Of a stretch of 64,000 bases of DNA, positions 36,867 through 49,600 are shown piece by piece. The translations under genes and the position numbers were made by a program. The notes below the pieces were generated by a model that worked only from the letters and a program-made list of their open reading frames with translations, made no database searches and was not told where the DNA came from. Positions within the stretch are counted from its first letter, which is position 1; each line of letters opens with the position of its first letter. The stretch is from the NCBI GenBank assembly GCA_965112155.1, contig OZ218103.1. One strand, given 5' to 3'. This DNA comes from Podarcis liolepis (taxonomy: Eukaryota).

Positions 36867-37487
36867 CAGTGCTTCTTTTTCAAGAAAAATAGGTGCCGGA
36901 ACACACCATGAAGTTGTTACAGTAAGCCACTGGGTGACTCGGGGCAGCTCTGAATGGATGCTGGTTTTGCAATACCCACAGAGGGTTCACCACCCACAGA
37001 GGTGCTAAAAACTACAGCAAGCTATCTCTCTAGCTGGTTTGGGGGGGTCACCCTTGGTTCTGGTGCAGGTCAAATAAATGCCCCCCCCAAGTTCTCTTAA
37101 GATTCAAACAGATGGCTAGAGAAACTCGGAAGAGCCCTTACACAAACACACATGCATTCATGCAATGATAGAGGTCTGGCTGGAAAACCTAAATCCCACC
37201 ACTGCTACACATCAGACAGATCGAAGAAAAAGGAAATACAAATTGGCCCCACCTGTAGCTTGACCAATCACAGCTTGGAGCTAGGTGGAGTCATAGATCT
37301 TTTAAAAAGTAGACTTGTACACACTGGTCAGCTTCCATTTTGACTTGAAATGTTCATTTTGGGCTTCTCAGAAGTATATAAAGGCATTAAGTAGGCAGGG
37401 GCTGGAGCCAGCCCGCAATGGCACCCCCCTCCCCACAAGAGGTGCCAGAACTGTGCTCCGGAGCACTCCAGCTGAGAAAAAGCACTG
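36867..37487. mobile_element. hAT-family non-autonomous element upstream of the first HENMT1 coding exon
   Basis: TIRs CAGTGCTT… / …AAGCACTG; 8-bp TSD GTTACTCC / GTTACTAC (7/8 match). Confidence 0.7.
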
Positions 37488-38408
37488 GTTACTACCATCA
37501 TTTCCCATTGCATAATTGTTTAACACTTGAAAAGGCCGATTGCTCTTTCTTAAGCACATGCACTTGGAATTAAGCCATACTGTAATCTATATGCATTGCC
37601 TCTGAGTAAATATGTTTTAAGATTAAGGTATAAATGTTAATTTGTTCTTTATTAATAGCCATAATTTTAAATAAATCCAGCATGCAGCACATAATACATT
37701 TTAGTACTGTTCAGGCATTGCACCTGCTGTGAACAGATGGTTGGCAAGTCTAATTAGTATGAACTACAAAATTATTAAAAAATGTTTTGACGTTACTGGC
37801 AACGCTGCTTTTTCAATGATTTTATGAGGTTGTCTCATTAAAATGTTCCAGTAGCTTCTTAAGAAAATACTAAATAAGGGGAAATATATTTTTCTTCTTC
37901 CTGTGCTGGGGCAGTCTCTGACTGGCAAATGTCTAGCTGTCAAGACAACTGAAATAATTGTGCTAAACGCTGTCTCTAAACACACTGTGAGATAGAAGAA
38001 ATGTTAAGTGAGCAGGCTCACATTACACACTGTACCCAGCCCCGAAATTGGGCACTATTTCTCCTGTCAGTCTGCTCCATAACACCCACAAGTTCAATAG
38101 ATAGGATTCTGCTCTGAATGCTTCATTATTTGCACAGCACTGTTCCTTGTGTGTGTGTTTTTTTTAAAAAAAAACTTGTTTCTATTCTGTTTTTTTAAAT
38201 TTACAGTGCAATCAGGAGGCATTCTGCAGCAGCTATTTAGCTATAAGAAAGATCCTTTTGGCACTATACTAAAGGCTAATGAATTTAAGCTCAAATCTAT
38301 GCACACATACTTGGGAGTAAGCCCCACCAAACTCAACAGTTCATTTCAACAGATACATACATGAAATCAAGATCAGAGGAAGCATACTTCTGAATCCAAG
38401 ATGGAGAA

Positions 38409-38680
38409 GGGGCCATAGCTCAGTGGCAGAGCATGTGATTTGTATGCAAGTCCCCGGTTTAATCCCCCAAATCTCTAGACATTCTGTGTGGGGAGGGCCA
38501 ATGTTTTTATTTGTCACTACATTATGTATGTTTGCTTTTTTATATTGTAAACTGCCCTGTGATGAAGGGTGGAAGAGAAATTTAATAAGATAAATAAATA
38601 AATCCATGTGGACAATACTGTACTGAACAAGATGGATCAATTGTCTGTCTCGGTATAAGGCAGCTTTCTATGTTCCTATG
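38409..38680 (+). mobile_element. tRNA-derived SINE, interrupted
   Basis: GGGGCCATAGCTCAGTGGCAGAGC head and GGTATAAGGCAGCTTTCTATGTTCCTAT tail, related to 19842-20032. Confidence 0.55.
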
Positions 38681-38872
38681 GTTGGAACAAGCAGCAGGGG
38701 AAAGCCATCACCTTCATGTCCTACATCCAATGAAGCAGCTTCCATTTCACAAAAGCATATGCCATTCACACAGCATTAGAAAAAAGAATGAACCTTGAAG
38801 CGCCTTAATAAAGGTCCCTAGATTTAGGCTGCAATCTTATACACACACTTATTTGGGAGCAAGTAAACTCAA

Positions 38873-39140
38873 CGTGGGTATCCCTGCGACGGGGTGAGCT
38901 CCTGTTGCTCGGTCCCTGCTCCTGCCAACCAAGCAGTTCGAAAGCACATCAAAGTGCAAGTAGATAAATAGGTATCGCTCCGGCAGGAAGGTAAATGACG
39001 TTTCCGTGCGCTGCTTTGGTTCACCAGAAACGGCTTAGTCATGCTGGCCACATGACCCGTAAGCTGTATGCCGGCTCCCTCAGCCAATAAAGCAAGATGA
39101 GCGCCACAACCTGAGTTGTCCGCGACTGGACCTTTACCTT
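38873..39140 (+). mobile_element. Sauria SINE with internal deletions
   Basis: Similar to 55034-55384; 9-bp TSD TAAACTCAA (38864-38872, 39141-39149). Confidence 0.85.
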
Positions 39141-39859
39141 TAAACTCAATGAGACCTATTTTTGAGTCAATATGCCTAGGGTTGTACCATAGATCTACTG
39201 CCCAATTTCGCTGCTATTAAATAAACGTAAGCCTAGCACACCACCTAAATTTTATATTCTATATTTTAATATTATTATTATTATTAATAATAATAATAAT
39301 AATAAACCTGCCTAGATTCTCTTTGCTCTCGTTTACCACCAACCGAGGAACCTGTGCATTTCACTTATTAGTGAAGAGACTTGGAACAACTGGATTTTAC
39401 ATTTTCAATTTGTAAGTACCAATTATATTTTCAAATATGGGGCTACTGAATGCACCTTCTTCACAGAAGCTTTAAGCACATTCTGAAACCTGCACAGCAC
39501 CTAACAGAGTCTCCTTTGAATGACTGCTACCTCCACCCACATCCAGAATTAAAACGACCTAGGAATCTTTGGATGGAGGGCAGTATACAAATGGAACAAA
39601 TAATAATAATAATAACAATCAACTAAGCTCCCCCGGTCCTGTTTACCTTCCAATCCAGCCTGAAGAAGAGTCCTAGCGATCTAAAAAACAAAAACAAAAA
39701 ACCTTGCACAGTATTTTGCAAAGTTTTACTTAACCTAATAAACGGCTTACTGCAAACTGAGTGGATTTTCTCTTATTATTACAAACCCACACGAACACCT
39801 CTTGGTTTTTACAAGGCTATTTGTTACAGACTACCAACACTTGACATTTTAGGTAAAGG

Positions 39860-40860
39860 GACAAGGGGCGCCTCTCCTTTCGAAAACTCGAAGGCCGCAG
39901 CCTGCTTTTCGTCTCCTATAATTTCTACTTTAAAGAAAAGCAACGTGTGTGTCTTGTGGGAAGAAGCGGTGTTTTCACTCCTCTCCCTTCCCAAAGGGCA
40001 TTTTCCGAGCAGCGAAACGGAACTGGCTCGTGCAGAGGCCTTTCACCGTTCACCCCAGCTGGCCCGGGCGCATATCGAAACGGTGCGGCCCACTCTGAGC
40101 AGAAGCGCTTAAATCCCGCTCTTCGTGCTCTCGGAGCCGTATCTGAGGCGCCGCTACCGCCGCCCTAACGTAAGCGCAGCCTCAGCCCAACCGCCCCCTT
40201 CCGCCTGCGCCCGCCGCTCTGATTGGCCGCCCGAGCCCGGGAAGGCCCTTCCGTCACTTCCGCAGCGGCCGCCATCTTGTTGGCGGTTGGCGGAGCTCGG
40301 CTCGGCAGCGTTCTCCCCGAGAGGCTTCCGCTCGCCTCGTCGCCGCTGCGGCCTTTGCTCGGCCGACCGCTGTTTCGGTGTGGCGGGAGTCGCCATGGCC
40401 AACAACTGCCCCGTCGTGGGCGCCGGGAACTGCCACCAACAGCAGCAGCAACACCAGCAGCAGTCGCCTCAGCAGCAGCCGGGAGGCCAACAGCAGCAGC
40501 AGCCGCCTCTCCCGCTCCCGCAGGCCGGCGCCGTTTTGTCGCCTCCGCTGCCGCTGCAGAGCGCGGGGCCCAAGCCGGCGGCCTCGGGGAAGCAGGGCAA
40601 CGTGCTGCCCCTGTGGGGGAACGAGAAGACCATGAACCTGAACCCCATGATCCTCACCAACATCCTCTCCTCGCCCTACTTCAAGGTGCAGCTTTACGAG
40701 CTCAAGACCTACCACGAGGTGGTCGACGAAATCTACTTCAAGGTGAGCCGGGAACCGGGAAGGAACTAGGTCCTTTCGGAGGAAGCCGGCGAGATTTTGG
40801 TTTTCAAATCCTTTGGGTCGCTCATCACCGCGTGGCCGAGCAGGGCTCATCTGGCCTGGG
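39860..40860. promoter_or_regulatory. CpG island / promoter of PRPF38B, probably bidirectional with HENMT1
   Basis: Abrupt GC/CpG-rich segment with a reverse CCAAT box (GATTGG 40221-40226), an ETS/GABP site CACTTCCG (40255-40262) and a YY1-type GCCGCCATCTTG (40268-40279) just upstream of the PRPF38B ATG. HENMT1 diverges from it. Confidence 0.8.
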
Positions 40861-43565
40861 CCCAAAAACATAAGGCTCTTCGCAGCTGTCTCTTCCACAA
40901 TCCAATCCCATACTATTTTTAATAATAATGAATATTTTATTGCAGTCTCGCCATCAAAATGGGAGATGTTGACCTATTTCTTCCCACGGTCGTCAGAGAG
41001 AAGGCTATGTAGTTGTAACGTGGCTACTTTTTTCTTTGGGAAATGGCTATGCAATTCTTTGTCTCAATCCAAACTCCAGATCTCGATCTTTCTCTATCTC
41101 TCTTCCCACCCCCCAATATCTTACCAGTCAGACTTGTATGTTGGTTGAATTTAGAAACTTATTGCCAGCGCTGCGTGTGTGTGAAAACTGGCAATTGCAC
41201 TGGGCAGCATGTTCACGTCCTCTCCTATCCAGAGATCTAAAACAGGCGGTTGAGGAATTCAGCAGGAGGTAACCAGCACGCTGCATTCTCTGTTACGTTG
41301 GCTTTATACCAACATAACACTGTCCTGCTAATCTTAATGCTAATAGGTTAAAATTTGAGGCCTACTAGTTGATTTTGGCTGTCTTAAAATGGAATTCTAA
41401 TATGCTGTGTATTTTAGATGCTGTGAGTAAAAGCTGTTTAGTTTGATCTGTGTGACCCTGCTTTCAGTCATTCTTATGGCTGCTAACAGTCTTTTATTTA
41501 TTAAATCGGGGTTCTGTAACCTGGAAGATTAAGACTGCCATTTATTTTCTATGAATCAATTTAAGCTTTGAAACGTTACTGTTCAGGTGTGAGCCTGAAT
41601 TGCGGAGCTAAACACGATGGGAAACCTGTGGCCTTTCAGGTGTTTTTGGAGTCGATAAACATATGGAGAGCCACAACTTCCCCATCCTTCACCCAGAACC
41701 TAGCCCACCACTTAGATATCTTAAAATTACCTAAATTCACAGTGGAGTAATGTCATTTGGGACCAACCAGATTGTCACAAAAGGGGGCTGGGGGGTAAAC
41801 AGTTCAAAAATGGGGCTAATGATGTAGCCATTTATTATTCTCCAACCACACCCCTTTTGTGTATCATAACTGATTAACAGTTCTGAAGAACTCAAAAGTA
41901 CCACATGCTTATGACATTTTGGGTAGTCTCAATAAAAGTACTATCCAACTAGATTTTGGTGGGGGGTTTTCTTACAGACAGATATAGCTACCGTTGCCTT
42001 TTAAATTCACTTATTTTTCTGTACTTTCTGGTCCTTTTCAAATAACTTTGGTATGGGACTTGAGGGAATACAGGAGGAAGGACTTGAACTCTCCATAGGT
42101 TACATTGTTTCTCCTGAATCACTTAGCGTACTTTGTTATAGAAGAATTTGATATGCTCAAGACTTTTCGGGGGGAGCACAAGCAGAAATCAAGTGGGCTG
42201 TTAGATTGGGCTATTGAATTTAAATTAATTGAACTCATAGATAAGTGTGTTTATGTTCCAAGTTTTTCTCCACTTCTGTTCTCTTAATCCATATCTCCAT
42301 AACATCAAATATAGGGAAATCAGATCTATCTGCATTTTCCAGGCGGCATTACAACCTTCGGTTAATTTCATTGGCTTTTTCTCTTGCTGATCATTCAGTG
42401 GTTATAGTGTGGCATAGTGTGACTCTTTTTACCACTTAATTTAAAAGCATCAAAACCTCATTCTTTTTAACTAGCAAATGATTTATTTCTAGAGATTGTA
42501 GTGTCCATCTACATTTAAATTGCCTCACTTTCAAAAAATGCTACCTTAAGCAAAATATTGATTATTGATTCTTTAATTTCTATACCACTTAATATACAGT
42601 GGTACCTTGGTTTACAAACTTAATGTGTTCCAGAAGTCCGTTCTTAAACCGAGGTGTGCTTTCCCTAATGAGGCCTCCCGCCACCGGTGCCCTTCCAAAG
42701 ATTACCAAAATGTAAGATATACTTGCCAAAAATGTCAGTTATATCTGATATGCTGGTTACCTTGGTTGTTAAGAGCGTGGTGCTGAAAACACCAAAGTCA
42801 AGGATTTGATCCTCATATGGGTGCATATTCCTGCATCACATGGGGTTGGACTAGATGATCCATGGGGATCCTTTCAACTCTTGATTCTAATATTTTATTT
42901 TACAATGTCTATTATTTGATTAAGATTTGCTTTCCTCATTTTTTCCTTCCTTTGTTTTTTTTCATACTGCCTCCTTTACCCCCAAGGTTAACTTAAAGCA
43001 ACATTTTCAGATAACATGTTTCATTCATGCTTAAATTAAAACATAGGAAACATGGGGAAAGCTATTAAGTTTCTGTAATTTGTCAGTCAAAATTGTCTTA
43101 CATATGTAAATCATGTATATTGGAAATACTTCAAATAAATAACAACAAGTTGAAACAGTTTTCATATGAAGTGTAGAGCAATCATGTTTACTCAAATGTA
43201 TGCTCTTTATTACACTGAGATTTACAAGCTTCTTAGCATGGATAAAATTGCAACCTTGGAGATGGTTTCAATGTAATGTGAAACCATGCTGTACTGTGAA
43301 CAAACAGTGGTGAGCCTTAGAATCATACTCTCTGTCCTCTCCAAACTTTTAATCATTTTTCAGTTGAATATGTGCACAGAGCAAAATGGCACCTGTAACA
43401 CTGAAGTGGGAGCCCTTCCCACTGTGAAGATAGCATAGAAAACCTGGACTAGATTGAGAAGAGCACGCACTGTACAATAATTTCATGCCTGGAACTCGGT
43501 ATAGAGATGGGGTGGTGAAGAGCCACAACATGTTCTCTTCCCATGTATCTTGGAGCAAATCATGC

Positions 43566-43633
<68 letters not shown>

Positions 43634-46600
43634 TATCCCATCTATCTGGCTGGGTTTCCCCAGCCACTCTGGGTGGCTCCCAATAGAATATTAGAAACAT
43701 GATAAAATATCAAACATTAAAAACTTCCCTAAACAGGGTTGCCTTCAGATGTACAGTCATACCTCGGGTTGAAGTAGCTTCAGGTTAAGTATTTTCGGGT
43801 TGCGCCTCTCGGTGACCCAGAAGTAACGGAGCGCGTTACTTCCAGGTTTCGCCGCATGCGCAAACGCTCAAAATGACGTCGTGCGCGGAAGCGGCAAGAC
43901 GCGCAGTCGCGTGTTACATTCTACTCAGGATGCAAATAGGGCTCTGGAACAGATCCAGAGGTACCACTGTATTCTAAAAGTCAGATAGTTGTTTATTTCC
44001 TGATAGAAGGGCGTTCCCAGGGCGTGCACCACTACCGAGAAGGCCCTCTGCCTGGTTCCTTGTAACCTCACTTCTCACAGTGAGGGAACTGCCAGAAGGC
44101 CCTTAGAGGTGGACCTTAGTGTCTGGGCTTAACGATGGGGACAGAGACGCTCCTTCAGGTATACTGGGCCGAGGCCGTTTAGGGCTTTAAAAGTCAGCAC
44201 CAACACTTTGAATTGTGCTCGGAAACGTACAGCTTGGGAAGAAGCTATATTGTAATGCTTATAGGCTTTGATGGTCATGGTCCACACAAGAGTCAGTTCT
44301 TCAACAAATGAACTCAAAAGTCCCTTTAGGTAATGGCAGGGGCCCATTAATAGCTGATGATTATTGTGTATATTGGCAGGAGCCCCTAATTTCTGACCTT
44401 TCTGAAGAATGGCTTGTTGTCTTTTACAAAGACTTTGAAAATAGTCAGATGTTTTTCAAGTTTGGTGCAATAAGAACAAGCTTCAGAAAGCCTCTGAAGT
44501 TTAAAATGACATCAATGACAAAATATTCCTCCCCTTGTCATAGGCACACATTAGTGTAGAGCCAAATTTTAGCTGGTTACTAGGACCAGCCAAAATTTGT
44601 GGACCCCTAGCAAACAGAACTACTTTCTCCATTCCTTGGTTTCTTGCCTAAGTCACCACTACTTTGCACAACCATACACTTGCCATTTATTATTCATGAT
44701 TAGAATTTACAAATACTTAATATAGAATACCAAAGTGATGGACATAAGATAAACAAAATTAAATGCATAATAACTGAGCTAGTATAATTTTCTTGAAATA
44801 GAAAATGAAACGTAGGTAAGATATTAATAATTGAATAGCTGAGCACTTTGTAGAGAAAGATAGAGGGCGTAAAGTAGAAAAGTGATAACCAGGTGACATC
44901 ACTGCATGATTTGTCTGAAGAACAGACTATTGTCTCCTGGAGCCTCTAGCCTATCAAAATTTACCAATCATCTCATAGGCCATAATAATAAGTATTAGTT
45001 GCAGTGCTATATTTGTATTCTGAAAATGTAAAAGCCAGATTGACAGTCAAATCCTGCATGTTTATTTAAAAGCAAGTCAAAAATATTTGACAGAGCTTAT
45101 TCACAAATAATTGTGCATATGAGAAATGACCTTAGTTTTAAATAGATATTAACAAGTACACCTCTAGCTCATTTTGTATTGGACTTGGGGTTGAGGAATG
45201 ATTTGTCCTTACTATTTGCTGAGGGCGGGGGCAATAGGAATGGGTGTGTCGATGACACACTGTGCTTAGTACAGTCTGAGTTAAAATGTAAATCTAAAAT
45301 GATGATGGGTTGATTAATTGCTTTATTGTTTTCAGGTTACACATGTTGAGCCTTGGGAGAAAGGCAGCAGAAAAACAGCAGGCCAGACAGGGATGTGCGG
45401 AGGGGTAAGTAGAAGTACGTGCCTTCTGAAGTTTTTTATATGGTAGCTAATCATTTCAAAAATGCAACACTGAACTCAGCAGAAAATTTAGTGTCGTAAG
45501 CTCTTATCAAGTTAATTGATAGATTATGCCACTAAAGCCTTAACTGACTGGTCATTGTGGGCATATTTTTTTGAAGTTAGCATGACTGATTTGCTACTTG
45601 TAATAGGGAACGAAAAAGAAAATGTTGGATTCTAAACAATGCAAGACAAGTGCATATTATTGAATTGTTACATCATAAAATGTTCACAAATAGTTCAAAA
45701 ATAATTCCCAAGTAAAGTTTTGAACTTCAAAAAATATTATATATAAACCATGCTAAATCTGCTTAACTTTCACGCCTCACAATTATTTCATTCACTTGAA
45801 ATTCTTTGGTTATTATTTTAAAAAAATTAAGATTCAGATCTCAATCAGCTTAGGCCATTGGGAAGTTTCCACGCATTCCTGGTTCGATAGTTGGAAGTGG
45901 AGACTAAATCCAATCATACCTCCTCCAAAAATATTGTAGGCCTAATGTCTGGATGGGGCTCTTCAGCTTCAGGAAATGTTAGCGCAGTCACCCACTGCTC
46001 AGCAACTTCTAAGTGAATCAGATGACCTTCCTTAAGTGTTGAGCTTACAAACTTGCAGGAAAAAAACCATTAATGTTATATGTACTGAAGTGAAAAGTAC
46101 CGTATTTTTTGCACCACAACACTCACTTTTTCCCTCCTAAAAAGTAAGGGGAAATGTGTGTGCGTGTTATGGAGGGAATGCCTACGGGTGGCATGCCTAC
46201 GGATTTTCCTCCTCTAAAAACGTGCATGTTATGGTCGAGTGCGTGTTATAGAGCGAAAAATACGGTATTTATCTTCAGTGTCTTACTCTCTAGTGTAACA
46301 TGAGTTGTATTTCTCTTCCTCCTAATCTCTAAAGGTGCGTGGTGTTGGAACTGGAGGTATAGTGTCTACAGCCTTTTGCCTCCTGTACAAGCTATTTACC
46401 CTGAAGCTTACCCGTAAGCAAGTGATGGGGTTGATAACTCATACGGACTCCCCCTTTATTAGGGCCCTTGGATTCATGTATATTAGGTAAGTAGCCATAT
46501 ACTTAACTGTCAGCTAACTTTGTTGCAAAAAATGTTATTAAATTTACACAGTCTCTTTGTACTTCAAGGTACACACAGCCTCCAACTGATTTATGGGACT

Positions 46601-49600
46601 GGTTTGAATCCTTTCTTGATGATGAGGAGGTATGTCAACAAGGGTAATAATTTACTTTCTTTTCTTTCTGAAATCTTAAGTAAAGTAACTTTGAGATGAA
46701 CTTCTGTATGTTGGAAAACAGTTTTTAACCATGTGAAAAGTAAAACCTTTCTCATCTTTAATGGTTTGCAAACTTGCAATGAACAGAGACTACGGGACAT
46801 TCTTACACCCTTAAAATAAGTTGGAATTGAATATATCACCAACCTAACTGCTTGGGGGCAAATGGAATGCATACTTGGAAAGATAACTACAGTATGGGAC
46901 AATATCTCTATCTTTTAACCAAGTATGAAACCTGAAAAATCAGGTGGGTGTTTGTTTGTTTACGTGAAAGTAAATGGACAATGACAAAGGAGAATTGAAT
47001 GGGGCATCTGCAGTCCAACAGCATGTGAACACAGCTACAGTCTGTAGTTGCTTTCTAAAATTTTCAATTGATAGCAGTGCCACTGAACTAGCAAATTGCT
47101 TTTAACCTCTTAACTTTCAAATAGTGATAATAAGGCCATACAGAAACTGCTGAAAGGGGTAATTTCCTCCAGTGCACATGTGCTATTTTTAGTGTGGATT
47201 CTCTTTTCAGCAGCATTTTTACCACAAATCAATCTGCTTCTCAGATTTCAGCCTTTGTCCTAAGTATATTTTATGTTCTAGGAACTATTGAATTTTGCCT
47301 CTAGAAGTAGTCATTGATGAGTCATACTAATACCTTGCAGTGTAGTTTGCTAGTTACTGCCACAGTAAATGTTTAGATCCCATGCAAAAAAAGACCTTTA
47401 GGGATCCAGTACACAATCGTAATGTCTCGCTTAGACTACGCAGTGCTCTTTTTAAGGTTACATGAATATTTTATGCTTGTAGTTTTTGCTCTAATGGCAT
47501 ATATTTTGACTTCCCATAATCTAGTAATACAGAATGGCATTCTTGGTTCCTGTTCATTAACTGCTTTATGATCACTTTGGCCTCTTTTTCATGTAACTAA
47601 TTAAAACTGTAGTAACACAGAAATATCATTTCTACATATTAACATTTCTCTCAGTTTGCCACTGTTGAAGATGTGAAAGCATTCAGCGTTGTGTCTCTGG
47701 ATGTATCTAGCTAAATGTTGTTAGTGCTTTGACTTTTTCACTGATGCTCTTATTTTTGTATGTACCACTTCGGGTACTACATTTAAGCCAGTGTTTTATT
47801 TTCTTCTTTAGATCTCTGTGCAGCAGTTTTGTTTGGAAATACTGTATATCTGAACACTTAAATGTGTGTGAGTGCAAGCAATTTTACATTGAGATTTTCT
47901 CNNNNNNNNNNNNNNNNNNNNNNNNNNNNNNNNNNNNNNNNNNNNNNNNNNNNNNNNNNNNNNNNNNNNNNNNNNNNNNNNNNNNNNNNNNNNNNNNNNN
48001 NNNNNNNNNNNNNNNNNNNNNNNNNNNNNNNNNNNNNNNNNNNNNNNNNNNNNNNNNNNNNNNNNNNNNNNNNNNNNNNNNNNNNNNNNTATTTTTTTGC
48101 ATAACTCTAAATTAGAAACCTCACTGCTTCATGGCAGTTGGTTTGCTATTGCTTCCGATTTAGGCAGGGTCCATTTTCTACTACAACTTTTTCTGGTCAT
48201 TTTTAGACAGGAAATAGCCATCCTCAATTGTTCAGTTGTGACCACAATCCTCAAAAATGAGAATTAATGTCAAGCAAGTTACGATCCATTTTGTGGCATA
48301 ACAGTAAAAGATGGTAGCATACAAGCCAGCTGTGTAAGCAAATGTTACACTAATCTGTTGAGACATGAGCCCTTTACTATTTGGCTGCAGGATTGGTATG
48401 CACCTGCATGCATATGCATTAAGTCCAACACCCACTCTATAACATAGGGCCAAATGCAAAGGTACAAGAGTTGAAGTTCTTAGGCAACTTATTTACCAGC
48501 AAAAACAGCTAAGCCGTCATATTTGAGACTTGAAAGATGGCAATCAGTATAGTAGCATTTGTTCTAAAGGAAATTCTAGATGGTTTCTTACATTCAGAAT
48601 TTGTGTTCTGTTTTGTGTTTGTTTTTTGAAGGACCTTGATGTGAAAGCAGGTGGCGGCTGTGTCATGACCATTGGAGAAATGCTGCGATCTTTTCTAACT
48701 AAGCTGGAATGGTTTTCTACGTTATTTCCAAGGATTCCTGTACCAGTACAAAAGAACATTGATCAACAAATTAAAGCCAGGCCTAGAAAAATCAAGGATG
48801 GCAAGGAGGGAGTAGAAGAAGTAGACAGGCATGCGGAACGTAGACGTTCAAGGTTATACATTAACTTTACAAAATAAGTTACTTAATTTAGACATTCTCA
48901 TCCTATAGTTTCACATAATCAAAACTTTTTGTAGTTATGTTTGCAGTGTGGTCTTCTAAATGAGTAATAGCATTTATGTAGTACTTTAGATAGCTTCCCA
49001 TACACTATCTCAATAATCCTTACAATTCCTCTATAGGAATGGTGGTAGCAGATGAGCTACGCTATGTTTTGTTTAACTTAGTGTATATGGCTAAAGTAAG
49101 AGTCTGCTGGCACAAGTACATAGCCTTTTATCTAGGGTGGGTTGATTCTAGTCATGTATAGTTTTCCTTCTTTACCAGATAGGTATGGTTCACGTGTGTT
49201 TTAAAATTATGAGGTGCAAATGCATACATGGAACAAGGCATCATTTAATGTTTATTATCCAGAATATCCACTTTTGCTTGGCTGGAGCTAGCGTTCACCT
49301 AGGCCAATAGTATTTGCAAGAATCCTAGCAACCATCAAATGCTAGGTAGTCTACCTGAAACTATCCAGTGGTCTATCAACAGACCATGGTGTACAGTTTG
49401 ACTACTACTACTGTATACTAACACCAGCTGTAGAGCACTTTATCAGTATTTATGCAGACCTCTAAAAAATATTGAATGATTTGGTACACTTGATAAGTAC
49501 AGGGAAATAGAATGAGAGGGTATACAGTTAAGTACAATGTGAAAGTTTGCTGAAACTCTTGTTGGGAAAATTCAATTTCTTAAGCATTTCTTTTCATGTA

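Noticed and set aside
40154-40898. ~215-aa alternative-frame and antisense ORFs
   Set aside because: Expected stop-codon scarcity in a CpG island overlapping PRPF38B exon 1.
43485-43694. Poly-Ile ORF (and poly-Leu ORF at 63029-63223)
   Set aside because: Translation of (TAT)n LINE tails.
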